From Thraustochytrium aureum (Eukaryota), in the NCBI GenBank assembly GCA_012862495.1, contig BLSG01000256.1, forward strand, positions 1-32,674: 32,674 nucleotides of DNA, given 5' to 3'. A model generated the notes under the pieces. That model did no database searches and was not told the origin of the DNA. It saw only the letters and a list, made by a program, of their open reading frames with translations. Shown here one piece after another: positions 19,353-29,798 of the stretch. The first letter of the stretch is position 1, and every line of letters starts with the position of its first letter. Position numbers and translations under genes: made by a program.

Positions 19353-22183
19353 TCATGATGAGCCCGAGCAAGCCGAAGACAGCGCGGAGCGCACGTCCTC
19401 CTCGTTCAGAAACGTCAGCGTGCAGCCGAGTGGGTTGTAAGTAGCTGGCGCAGCAACGACCCGCCAACGCCTCGCTTGCAGCTCCCCAGACGCTTGAAGT
19501 TGATGGACCACGGCCCCAAATGGGTGTTGGCCAGCCTTGCAAACATCCGCAAACACAATGGGTGTCTCTGGAAATTGCTGCAGCAGTTCCAACATCCCTT
19601 CCGTCGCTCTGCCGAGTGTTGGGCAGTCCACGACAAGAACGGCCCCGTCGGCGCTTTCTGCAGCTACGCGAAGACAGGTCGGAACACCGTTACCGTAGGT
19701 GAAAAGAATGGCGCGTGGGGCCACAGAGCCTAGGGCAGCAGGTCCGCGCGCCTCGGCTCCTCCATTGCGCACGTAAAAGCTCTCGTGCGGTCGGGACGCG
19801 CTCGGGTAGGCAACGACGGTCTCGAAATCCAGGAATGGCCCCTTTCCGCCGTGGGCAGCAGCATCCTCGGCGTCCCCGCATGCCTCGTCGTCGTCAAAGG
19901 GATATGTGTGGAGCCAGGCATCATCAGGCGGCCTAATGCCAGTCTCCTCCTCAAAAATGCCGCGGCGGTATAGCAGGTTGGTCGAGTCGACGCTCATTAC
20001 GATTCTCCCCGCGGTGCGCGCTTGGTGCACAGCATGCCGCATGCCGCGCACATAGTCGCGTCCGTTTGAGTAGCAGACGACGTCGAGACCTGGAGGCAGA
20101 TACAGCGAGTTGTGCGTGTGGAAGTTGCCGCCGAAAACGCCTTTGTCAAACCCCTGCAGCCTGATTACCATCCCATCGCGTTGCGCTCCGCTCGTGCACC
20201 AGTACGTTATGACCGCCTCGAAAAAGAGGTCGGCTCCGCAGTCGAGGTACTTGGCGTACGGTATCTCGACGATTGGGACAAGGCCGCACTGTGCAAAGCC
20301 CATCCCGAGGCCGATCACTGAGGTCTCGTCCGGCGGCACGTCCTGCACTCGCTCGGGAAACAAGGCCGCGAGGTCGTCGGTGACACGGTAGTAACCGCCG
20401 TGGCGAACGTCCTCGCCCACGTAGACAACCAGAGGGTCGTTGGCCATGATCTCCTTGAAAACCTGGTTCATTTGGACACGCATCGGCTGCGCTTTGCGCT
20501 CGAGACGACGGCGCTCACGCGCGTCGAGGTAGCGATGCACTTCGGAAAACGGCCCGCGCGGCAGTTCGGCAAGCGGAGCCTGGGTGCGCTCCAGGACCTG
20601 CTCGCGAGTGGTTATCTTGGGTTCTTGGCTAGCCACAATGTAGGCAGCGCTCGACCTCCTCGCGGATCTCGGCCCACCAGCGCGACAGCACCGCGGGGGA
20701 TTCGACCAAGCCGGCGCGTAGCATTTGGAGGCACGCCTCGCGGAGCGGGTCGGTTGCCTCTGCCTTTGCAATCTCGTCCTCCGACAAGTACATCGCTTGT
20801 CTGTCGGTCGCGGCGTGGCCAAAGCGGCGCGGGAGATCGTCTACGACGAGAACAGCCGGCCGGCTCTGGCGGCGCACAAAAGCAAGCGCATCCTTGGTCG
20901 TCGACCAGAGGCCGGCAAGGTCCCCGTTGCCCCCGCTGGTGCGGAACTGGCGGAGACCCAGTCCCTCGACGAACTTGTCGAGGTAGCCGTACCCCCGCAG
21001 CGAGATGCACATGTCGTTGTTGCTGATAACAAAGAGGACTGGGCACTTGAAGTTGCGGTGTTGTGCGTAGCGCGCCAAGTTGCACGCCGACATGAACATG
21101 GCGTTGTTGACAGAGCCGTCCCCGACAGAAACAATGCTGACGGCGTCGCGCGGGAAGCGCGGCTTGTCCGCGACAGGCTTGCCGGCGGCTTTGGCCTCGG
21201 CCAAAAGCTTGGCCGTCAGCTTGATCCCCATCCCGCGGCCCACTGCTGGTGGCGCTTGTGAGGCGAGCGTGGAGGTCACGTAAAAGTCGAAAGGCCCGCC
21301 TCCCAGCGCGCAGTGGTGGCCGCCTGNNNNNNNNNNNNNNNNNNNNNNNNNNNNNNNNNNNNNNNNNNNNNNNNNNNNNNNNNNNNNNNNNNNNNNNNNN
21401 NNNNNNNNNNNNNNNNNNNNNNNNNNNNNNNNNNNNNNNNNNNNNNNNNNNNNNNNNNNNNNNNNNNNNNNNNNNNNNNNNNNNNNNNNNNNNNNNNNNN
21501 NNNNNNNNNNNNNNNNNNNNNNNNNNNNNNNNNNNNNNNNNNNNNNNNNNNNNNNNNNNNNNNNNNNNNNNNNNNNNNNNNNNNNNNNNNNNNNNNNNNN
21601 NNNNNNNNNNNNNNNNNNNNNNNNNNNNNNNNNNNNNNNNNNNNNNNNGCGCGACGGGGCCGCGCAATTGGCGAACCAGCTGGACTGCAAGATGCCGATA
21701 ATGCAGCGCCAGAGGGTCGCTCTCCCGGGCGAGCGCGCCAATGACTCCCATGAGCTCCTCTCCGCACGGTCCAATGGTGTAAAACCCCTCGCCGATGAAC
21801 GAGGCGATGCGGGACTCGGCATGCAGCAGGAACGTGGCAAACCCAGCTCGAATCAGTTGCGAGGCTGACTCCCCGTCAAGGCCAGCAGCGGCACATGCGT
21901 CGACCACGTTGCTGCGCGGCGCCGTGTCCTGTTTTGCAAGCTCTTCAAGCCACGACTCCATCGCGTCGCGCTGCCTGACCTCCGCGAGCTCAGCGAGTCT
22001 CGGTTCAGCTTCGCTTCGCTTTCGCTCATACTGCGACCCGCCCACGCGGCCCGCAAGTCCACGAGCCGTCACCAGGAGGATCCCAGCGTCCCTCCACGTG
22101 GAGCAAGCCCCGATCTTCGCGGCGCCAACCAGTGTCGCGCGTGTCGCGCCATACTTGCCGAGTAGCAATCGGACGTGCGCCAT
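19353..22183 (-). CDS. Fused E1 alpha-beta ThDP-dependent 2-oxoacid dehydrogenase (2-oxoisovalerate dehydrogenase-like, bacterial single-chain type) with putative mitochondrial leader; spans a gap; frameshift at ~20646
   Basis: ATG at 22183 with an Arg/Ala/Leu-rich leader. Alpha part: GEGFYTIGPCGEE, LHYRH, TSTLASQAPPAVG, ThDP motif GDGS..(x)..NN, RRFGHAATDRQ..Y. Beta part: YVGEDVRHGGYYRVT, PPDETSVIG, PIVEIPYAKYLDCGAD, FGGNFHTHNS, TYGNGV. The parts join via EEVER-AYIVASQEPK after removing one base. Confidence 0.88.
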
Positions 22184-22227
22184 GGCCGTTCGACCTCACC
22201 GCCCTTCCAAGCACGCGCTCCCAATCC

Positions 22228-22229
<2 letters not shown>

Positions 22230-22259
<30 letters not shown>
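22230..22259. repeat. (AGC)10 microsatellite just upstream of the E1 dehydrogenase start codon
   Basis: Ten perfect AGC units read directly. Confidence 0.95.
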
Positions 22260-22260
<1 letters not shown>

Positions 22261-22492
22261 GTAGCCACGGCCTGCGATCGAATCGACACCTCCGAGTCCG
22301 CGTGTGCGCCTCGCACAGCCGGGGGCGATTGGGCTCTGCCGCTTCGCACATTGGAGGCTGCTGGCCTTCCTTCCTTCCTGCATCAGGACGTTTTTTGTGG
22401 CTCATCAACAAACGGCAATGATCTGACGTGAACCGTGCACCAACAAACTCCCACGAGCTCGCTCACCCACCATCATCATGATCATCCACTGC

Positions 22493-22509
22493 ATTGATTG
22501 ATTGATTGA
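22493..22509. repeat. (ATTG)4 microsatellite in the divergent intergenic region; degenerate second copy at ~22651-22666
   Basis: attgattgattgattga, and ttgattgatcgattga. Confidence 0.7.
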
Positions 22510-23572
22510 GCAAGAAGGAGCTCAGCCCCAACTCCCACGACAACTTGCCCACGAGCTCAAGGCAGCCAGAACTCGGCTCTGCGCTGCGCGAGGATGTGGT
22601 CCGAACGCCGTGCCGAGTCTGCACGCCAACCTCTCATGCTGCATGCTCTCTTGATTGATCGATTGAAAAATACGCTGCCGGTGAGCGAGGGCAGGCGGTG
22701 GACGCGCGAGCGCTCGCTGTGTCTTGTTGCGATTGGACGGGCCGGTTGCGATGCGAGCGGCGCTCAAGTGCTTGCAGTGTGCTTGCCCAGGTCCCCGTCG
22801 TTTTGGTGAGGGGCTGGGCTGCGGCGCGCGGCCCACGGCATTCGGGCCTGCTGGGGAGGGATCCGCCATGGTTGCTCGGCACGTTGTGCTCCTCCGAGTC
22901 CGTCGGCCCCACCCACAGCGTGTGTCGAGGTCCTGGCGAGGCCGTGGGCTCGTTCTCGCCAATAAATAATGGGCGTTGTTCGTGCCGTCCATTGCGGAGC
23001 CAAACCGCACCGAGTCGAGCAGGGACCGAACAGAGCGCTCCACCGTCCAACGAGGCATCCTCCCCTCGCCGCTGGCGCCGCCACACGCGACCAGCACGAA
23101 CGGCGCGATAGTGGTTGCTCGAGCAAACCGGAGCGCAGCATGTCGCGACGAATCGTCAAGACCCCCGCACGTCTTCTTGTAACCCATGTGACGAGACTTG
23201 CACTGATATCTTCGTCACGACGGGTACCCTTGAGTCGCTAAGGACTCGGCTCGATAAGGATCCACCGCCAGGGCAGAAGCCCAAACGCGGCGTCGTCGTC
23301 GCTAGCAGCGCTTGCGCGGGCCAGCAGGACGCGTGTCGCTCGCGGCTCGAGCGGTTGGACCCGCAGCGCGCTCGGGTATCGCTCCAGGGCGAAAGAGCGT
23401 TCCTGGGGAGGCGTGTTGCGTGTTCGGGATCAGCGCGCCTCGCCCCACCACCACGCACTCTGCCTGGCTGGCGCAGCTGGACGCTCTCGCCAAGTGGCGG
23501 GCCAGCAGGTATCGCGGAGCCAGGCAGCTTCCACGACGTCGCACTTGGCCGGCGTGACCGTGCCGAAGCACG

Positions 23573-26551
23573 ATGAACGCCGAGCTGCTGGCCAAGCTCG
23601 AGAGGCGGCGCAAATGGGAGGACGGCGGTACGGAGCCGAAAAACGCTTCTTGCAGCGCTGCGCCCCAAGTGCCGCCCGCCGGCACGGCTGCGCGACACGC
23701 TCCGCCACCTGTCCCGCCACCAAGTGCCCCTTTGCAGAGCGCCCGGCTCATGCCGCCCCCGGTCCCACGCGAGCGCAACGGGCCGCAAGTCGCTCGAAAC
23801 CTCCCGCCCTCTGTCCCGAAGTCACCGCGCCCGACAACAACACCGTCTCCTGCGCCATCGTCGTCGCCGATTGTGACGAGCGGTAGCAAACGGGCTTCAC
23901 TCCGAGTAGAGCGCCCACCGCCTCCGGCGCCGGTGCCGGCGCCGGGCACTGGGCGGCCGAGCAGTCTCTCGCGCGCAGGGTCAGGGAGCGGCTCATCGCG
24001 ACACCAAGCCCCGTTCCGCCCCCCGCCCGCGCGTCGGTCGTACAAGGATGGCATGGCAACCGGTTCAAGTAGCACGCAGCCGCCGCCCCCTCCACAAAGG
24101 CGCCCTCACGTGAGCGCATCGCAAACAACAGCACCGCCTGCCCCGCCGCCTCGTCAGGCCGACCCACCAGGCCAAAGCGCGGGAGGCTCCAGCGTGCAAG
24201 CTGGCTCGGGATCGTCCCGGAGCCCCTCAGAGCTTCGGAAACCGAGGCCGGCGTCTCGCGGGTTCGTGCGCCCCCCTTGCAGACCCAAAACGTAGAAGGC
24301 TCGACGGCACCCGCCCCGAATCAGAGGGCCGCGCCGCAACCGCCCTCGGTGCCGAAGCGCGATGGGAGCAGCACGCCGCCGATGCTGCGTAGCCCGTCCG
24401 CCTCGAGCGTAGGCTCCCGCCCGCCAGCACCGGGGCTTGGCAGGTTGCCAAGCAGCACCTCGCTGCAGAACAACGTCGGCGAGAGAACGTACCAGGACAT
24501 GACGACGCAGGAGAGGATTCAGGTCGCGGGGCGCGGCAAGGAGACCTTTATTCACACCCTGTTCGACGGTGCTGGGAGCAAACCTCGCAAGGAAAGCAAC
24601 GAGAGCAGTGGCCTCTCGTCGCACAAGGCGAAATATCGGTACGCACGCGTCGACGAGGTGTTCGACCCAAAGTCGCGGCGCCAGGTGGCCTCGGCTGGGC
24701 CCGGCATCGAGTTTCTTCCGCTAACCGAAGACGTTGTGGTGGAGATTTCGTCGCGGGCCGAGCCACAGTGGTGGGTTGGCCAGATTTGGGACCCCATGCG
24801 GGGAAGAGCGACCGGACCGCTGGGTAGGTTCCCTGCGAGTTGCGTAACCCCCATCCCTGACCCAAATGACCCATGGGAAGAGGGCGACCCGGAGGAAGAC
24901 GCGGCAGCTGAGGAGGCGGCCGCCGCAGCGGCTGCGGCTGTGCCGACGACGCCCGAGGAGATGGCGAAAGCGCGGCACAAAAGTGGCGGAACCGCAACCG
25001 ACTCTTCCTCGCGCTTCTCGAGCTTGTGACGAACGAGTTCAAGTACGTGGTGAGCCTCTACATCTGCCTCGAGGTCTACGTGACCGGGATCGGCAGCAGA
25101 TTTGGGGGCGACTTTGTTGGGGCTCTGTTCCCGGCGTGGCGCAACATTACCGAGGCGCACTTGTCGATCCTGAAGGATCTCGTGGACGCCTCCAAGCCGT
25201 CCTGGAAGGCGCTCCACGGCATCCAGGCCCCCTCAGCACCGCGCTCTGGCTCCGAGCGCGCGAGCAAGCGCGAGTCGCTTGCCGAGCCCCTCAAGGCGCT
25301 GGCAAACTCGACTTTGGAGCTTGCAGCGATCGGGCAGGAGCTTGACAACATGCAGGACTGGCACGACCGTTGCATCCTCGAAAACGAGGACCAACTCTCC
25401 GACGCGAGCTACGACGCGTTCACCTCGGTGCTGCGCGGCTGGGTGGTGAGTCTCTCGAGCAGGCTCGCGAAGGTCTGCGATCGGATGAAGGTCGCCGAAG
25501 TCTACATCCGCAACTACAACGACGCAACGCGCAAGCTGGAGGTCTGGACGACGACGCTGCCCCAATTTGCGAGTGCGCTGCAAGAGCTATCCTCAATCCC
25601 TCTCGCTAGGGGGCTCGCCCTGACAGCGTTTTTGATCAAGCCGGTGCAGCATGTCTGCAGGTACCCGCTGCTGATCCGCGAAGTGCACAAGAACAGTCCG
25701 GACAAGCAAAGCCAAGACGTCGTCTTGGATTGCCAAATCAGGTTGATTGAGGTCACCGGCGAGGTCAACGCGGCGCAGGACGACGCCGTCGCGGACGGGG
25801 CAGGCCAAATCGTCCTTGCCCTGCCCGAGCTTCGCGCCGCACTGCGGTACAAGTCTGCATCGGACCAGAAACTGGTCCTTGAGGTCCTGGATCGCCCTAC
25901 CACGCAGCTCATGAAGTGGGGCGCGCTGGAGGTCGTGCAGGTTCCCGCGAACTCGGACGCGGCCACCGCCTTCAAGCCCGGGGCGGGCTCCAGAGCGACT
26001 TGCTTTCTGCTGAACTCGCTTCTGCTTGTCAGCGAGCCTTACCAGAACTTGATCGGCAAAGAGCGCTTCCGGGTGCGGTCTTGCATTCAGCTTAGCCTCG
26101 TAGGCCTGGTTGGCGCGATCGAAACCGCGAGCAGGTTTACTTTTGGGGTGAGCGTTGCGTTGAACGGCGGCGCCGATCCGCCGTCTGGCAGCGTGGCTGA
26201 CAAGCCATCCAAATGGGTATTCTCTTGCAGCTCGCGGGCCGAGCGGGACGCGTGGGTTCGCAACGTGGACCAGGCGCTCAGCATCACGCGCGGCGGCGAG
26301 GCCACGCAGAATCGAGCGGCAAACGCTTCAGTGCCAGTGTCGCCCATTGGGGCCGCAGCGCACATGAGCCCGAGTCGTCGGAACCCGCACGTCGCGACTC
26401 AAACCCGACCCCGGCAGCTGTGCGTCACGACACCAACGTTGACTCGCCCAAGCTGCGGGAGGCCCACGCCGATCAACCTGCCCAGAACCCCAATTTCATT
26501 ACCGAGCTTCGCGGGACTCTCAAGTCGCGGGGCGGTTCGTTCGCTTGCTGA
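23573..26551 (+). CDS. Rho guanine-nucleotide exchange factor: Pro-rich region + SH3 + DH (RhoGEF) + PH; 2-3 frameshifts (~24273, ~24980, probably ~26350); stop at 26551 or 26579
   Basis: Starts MNAELLAKLERRRKWE, then a PxxP-rich tract. SH3: YARVDEVFDP..FLPL..VVEI..WWVGQI..GRFPASCV. DH: RLFLALLELVTNEFKYVVSL..VYIRNY..LTAFLIKPVQHVCRYPLLIREVHKNS..VN. PH: LMKWGALEV..TCFLLNSLLLVS..WVFSCSSRAERDAWVRNV. Junctions fall in C6, A4 and G4 runs. Confidence 0.85.
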
Positions 26552-27463
26552 TGAACCAAGTGTTGCCCAGCCTGAGTAGGAAGAGTACATAACGCATCTT
26601 CGACAGGTACCGTGATGCACGCGACCGCGACAACCGCGCCGCTGTTCGCATCTGCCAGTGACTGCCCGGCCGGTCCACGTCCTGCCGCCGTTGACCACGC
26701 CGACATCGTGCTCTGTTCTTGATCAAAGTTGGCCTTCGCACCGACCGATCGCGACACAGCGACCGCCTGCACCAACATCCTCCTTGCCAACACACTCTGC
26801 GGAGGAGAGCGAGCGAGCACCGCCCTCCACCAGCTGAGCCTGATCATGAGAGTCCGAGTCCTGGCCTGAGCAAGTACTCCTGTCCTGTACCTCCTGCCAG
26901 TGCACAGAGTGATCAGAGTGAGTACTTGCTCGTTACTCGTAGTGGCGGAGAAAGTACAACTCGCAGTGGGCAGAGAGGCGGTGCAGTCCATCGCGATGAT
27001 AGCTCACTCGCGGCATTGCATTGCGCCTCCGAGCCGCGCATTGCACCGCATGGCCTCGTGGTGAGAGAGCGAGGGGGACGGAAGTCTTGAGGCTGCTCCG
27101 ACGCATTTGTGCGCGAATGCACTCACGCTGCGCCAGTGTTGGGCCCCCCTCGAAACGAGCAAGCATCGAGCATCGCCCAGAGCTCCCTCGCCTGCGCTGC
27201 ACAGCGACGACGCCGCGCCCGCTCGCGCAACAGGCGGGGCTTGACGGCGCGCGCGCGGTTGCGGTTGCCGGGCCTGCTGCTGGCTGCGAGCGCGACGCCG
27301 CGGTCTTGAAAGGGCGAAAAGGGCGAGGCCTGCCCCGCGAGACACCTGCCCACTCTCTCCAACCCCTTGTCAGCACCGAGTCGCGCTCAAGGGGCCAGCT
27401 CGCCGCCCAGCGCGCCGCAGAGCGACCCCGGTTCGAGCCCGTAAGCGCAGGGCTGACGCGAGG

Positions 27464-29268
27464 ATGGGGGCTGCGGAGGAGCAGCTTTGGATGAAGACCG
27501 CCGGCGGGGTCCTGGGGTCCAAGGCAACGTCGAGCTGGACGACGGCAAGCTCAAGTGGAGCAAGGACGACGACGAGGTCGTCTTCGAGCTGCCCAAGGTC
27601 GCGGCGGTGAAGCCGATCGCGTTCGGCACCCGCAAGCACATCTTCGAGATCGACGCCAAAGGCAAGCAAGTCCAGTTCGCTGCCCTCGACGAGGCGGCCA
27701 AGTCGGCATGGATCGAAAAGCTCTGCAAAGCCGCGGGGATCGAGTCGCCCAACGCGACAAATGCCACGGGCAGGCCCGCGCGAAAGTCCCTCGGCAACCG
27801 CGCAATGAGCAACGTGCGCGTGGCGGGCCTGCAGTCGCTGCTCCAAGGCCTGCCTGGAGGCGGCTCGCTCGGCGGCGGAATCATGACGCAGGAGGAGGCA
27901 ACAAAAAAGCTGCAAGAAAAGCTCAAGGGCAAGGTGCACATTGAGAACGAGGTCAGCGAGGAAGGGTGCCGCGTTTGCAAGTACCTCGTCAACAGGGAGG
28001 ACATCTTGAAGCTGCCTGGCCGCAAGGGGATTGTGCACAAGACCTGCTTTTACTGCTCCGTCTGCGGCGACTCCCTCAGCGAGGATGCCTTCCGGTTCGA
28101 CAAGGCGGCGAGCAAGCTCTTCTGCTTGGATCACTGGACCGGGTCTGCAGAGTCCGACGCAGAGTCGGTCGAAGAAGAAAAGGCGGCCGCCGCCGCCGCC
28201 GACGACGACGACGACAATGACGACAAGGGCGACTCTGAGGATGAAGCCGAGGCAAAAGCCTCGCCAGATCCAGAGGTGGGCGTCGAGGCCTCTGCAAATG
28301 GTCCCGAGAAGACCGACGCTGCAAGCCGGCCAAGCGCTGCTGCGACGGGCGGCATGAACCATAGCGCGGTCATGTCGCGCCCCACGGTCCGTGGGAGGCG
28401 AAGGCAGTCGGCTGGGCCAGGGGCCCGCGTTCCATTCTCTGCAGCGAACATCCCGGACGTGGACAAGGAAGAGCACTTCAGCTGTCTGCACATCGAGAGC
28501 GCCAAAGGGGCCCGACTGCTCCTGTTCTGCGACACGATTGCGGAGAAGCGCAGCTGGGCCACCGCGCTGTCGAGCACCGTTGAGCTCGTCCGCTTGCACG
28601 CCGAGTTGGAGGTCGCGCAGCGCGTCGACATGTTCAGCGCCATTCAGGCGCAAATGAACATTGAGAATTTCCAGGCGACGCACAAGGTGGAGCAGGCAGG
28701 GGTCGTGCAGGTCTGCGTGCGCAAAAAGGCCAAAGACACGAACACCAAGTGGCGCAAGGCATTCGCCTCACTCGGTGTTGACCGCAAGCTCGTCGTGTAC
28801 GAATCAAGGGAGAAGGCCCAGGACCCAAAGGCCAAGCCCTTCCACACCGTCGACCTCGCGGCCAAAGTTGTCCTCCGCGACGGCAACACCAAGGCCGAGA
28901 TCACCATCGCCGGGCCCGCTGTCCCTGTCCCAGGCCCTGTGAGGGCCAACGCAGCCGCGAAGGCGGCCCCGACGCCGGTCGGATCCCCCAAGCGCAGTTC
29001 TCTCAATCTCAGCAGGAACAGCAAGAGCCGCAAGTCCAGTACGGGCAGCCGCAAGCCCAGCAGCCGCGACTCCAGCCCACGCTCCAGCGCGTCCGCAGGA
29101 GCTGGCGAGGAAGCGGTGGGCCCTCGGCTCGAGACGGCGGCGTCCTCCTCGTCGACGGACCTCGAAAGCGACGGCGGCGATTACCACGAAATGCTTTCCA
29201 GGAAGGCAGCGGCCGCGGCCGACTTGGAGCGCACGGCCTACTGCGGCAGCGCCTGCGCACTTCTCTAG
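27464..29268 (+). CDS. PH + LIM + inverted PH half-domains + C-terminal CAAX (CALL) protein; probable extra G bases at 27506-27509 and 27514-27517
   Basis: ATG 27464 MGAAEEQLWMKTAGG joins (S)WVQGNVELDDGKLKW..KHIFEI..VQFAALDEAAKSAWIEKL (PH) if one G is removed from each G4 run. LIM domain CRVC-x19-HKTC-x2-C-x2-C-x19-CLDH at 27967-28134. PH C-half at ~28474-28587, PH N-half at ~28687-28914. Ends CGSACALL-stop. Confidence 0.82.
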
Positions 29269-29798
29269 CTAGCTAGAGCCTCCTCAAGCCGCCGTGCCGC
29301 CGAGGGCGTCCGACCAGTACACTCACCAGACAAGTCAAAACAAAGCAAAACAGGACGACCCGCCGCCGTTCCCTTCCGGCACACCCTCGCTGCCTTCCTT
29401 CTGTCCCCAATCATCTCAGCCGAGCCCGTGCCGGGGCGCCCACCGTCCTCGTCGAGGTCCATCGAGGTCCGTCGGGGTCACACTGGCGAGGTCCATCGAG
29501 GTCAGGCGACGTCATTCCGGCGTCCANNNNNNNNNNNNNNNNNNNNNNNNNNNNNNNNNNNNNNNNNNNNNNNNNNNNNNNNNNNNNNNNNNNNNNNNNN
29601 NNNNNNNNNNNNNNNNNNNNNNNNNNNNNNNNNNNNNNNNNNNNNNNNNNNNNNNNNNNNNNNNNNNNNNNNNNNNNNNNNNNNNNNNNNNNNNNNNNNN
29701 NNNNNNNNNNNNNNNNNNNNNNNNNNNNNNNNNNNNNNNNNNNNNNNNNNNNNNNNNNNNNNNNNNNNNNNNNNNNNNNNNNNNNNNNNNNNNNNNNN

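Noticed and set aside
22522..23576. ORFs in the E1/RhoGEF divergent spacer (22522..23187 minus, 23115..23576 plus)
   Set aside because: Arg/Ala/Pro-rich translations typical of non-coding GC-rich DNA; no domain signal.
26552..27463. RhoGEF and PH-LIM as a single giant gene, or ORF 26473..26991 as a gene
   Set aside because: All three plus frames stop by ~26592, the spacer lacks protein-like sequence, and the PH-LIM gene has its own plausible ATG at 27464.
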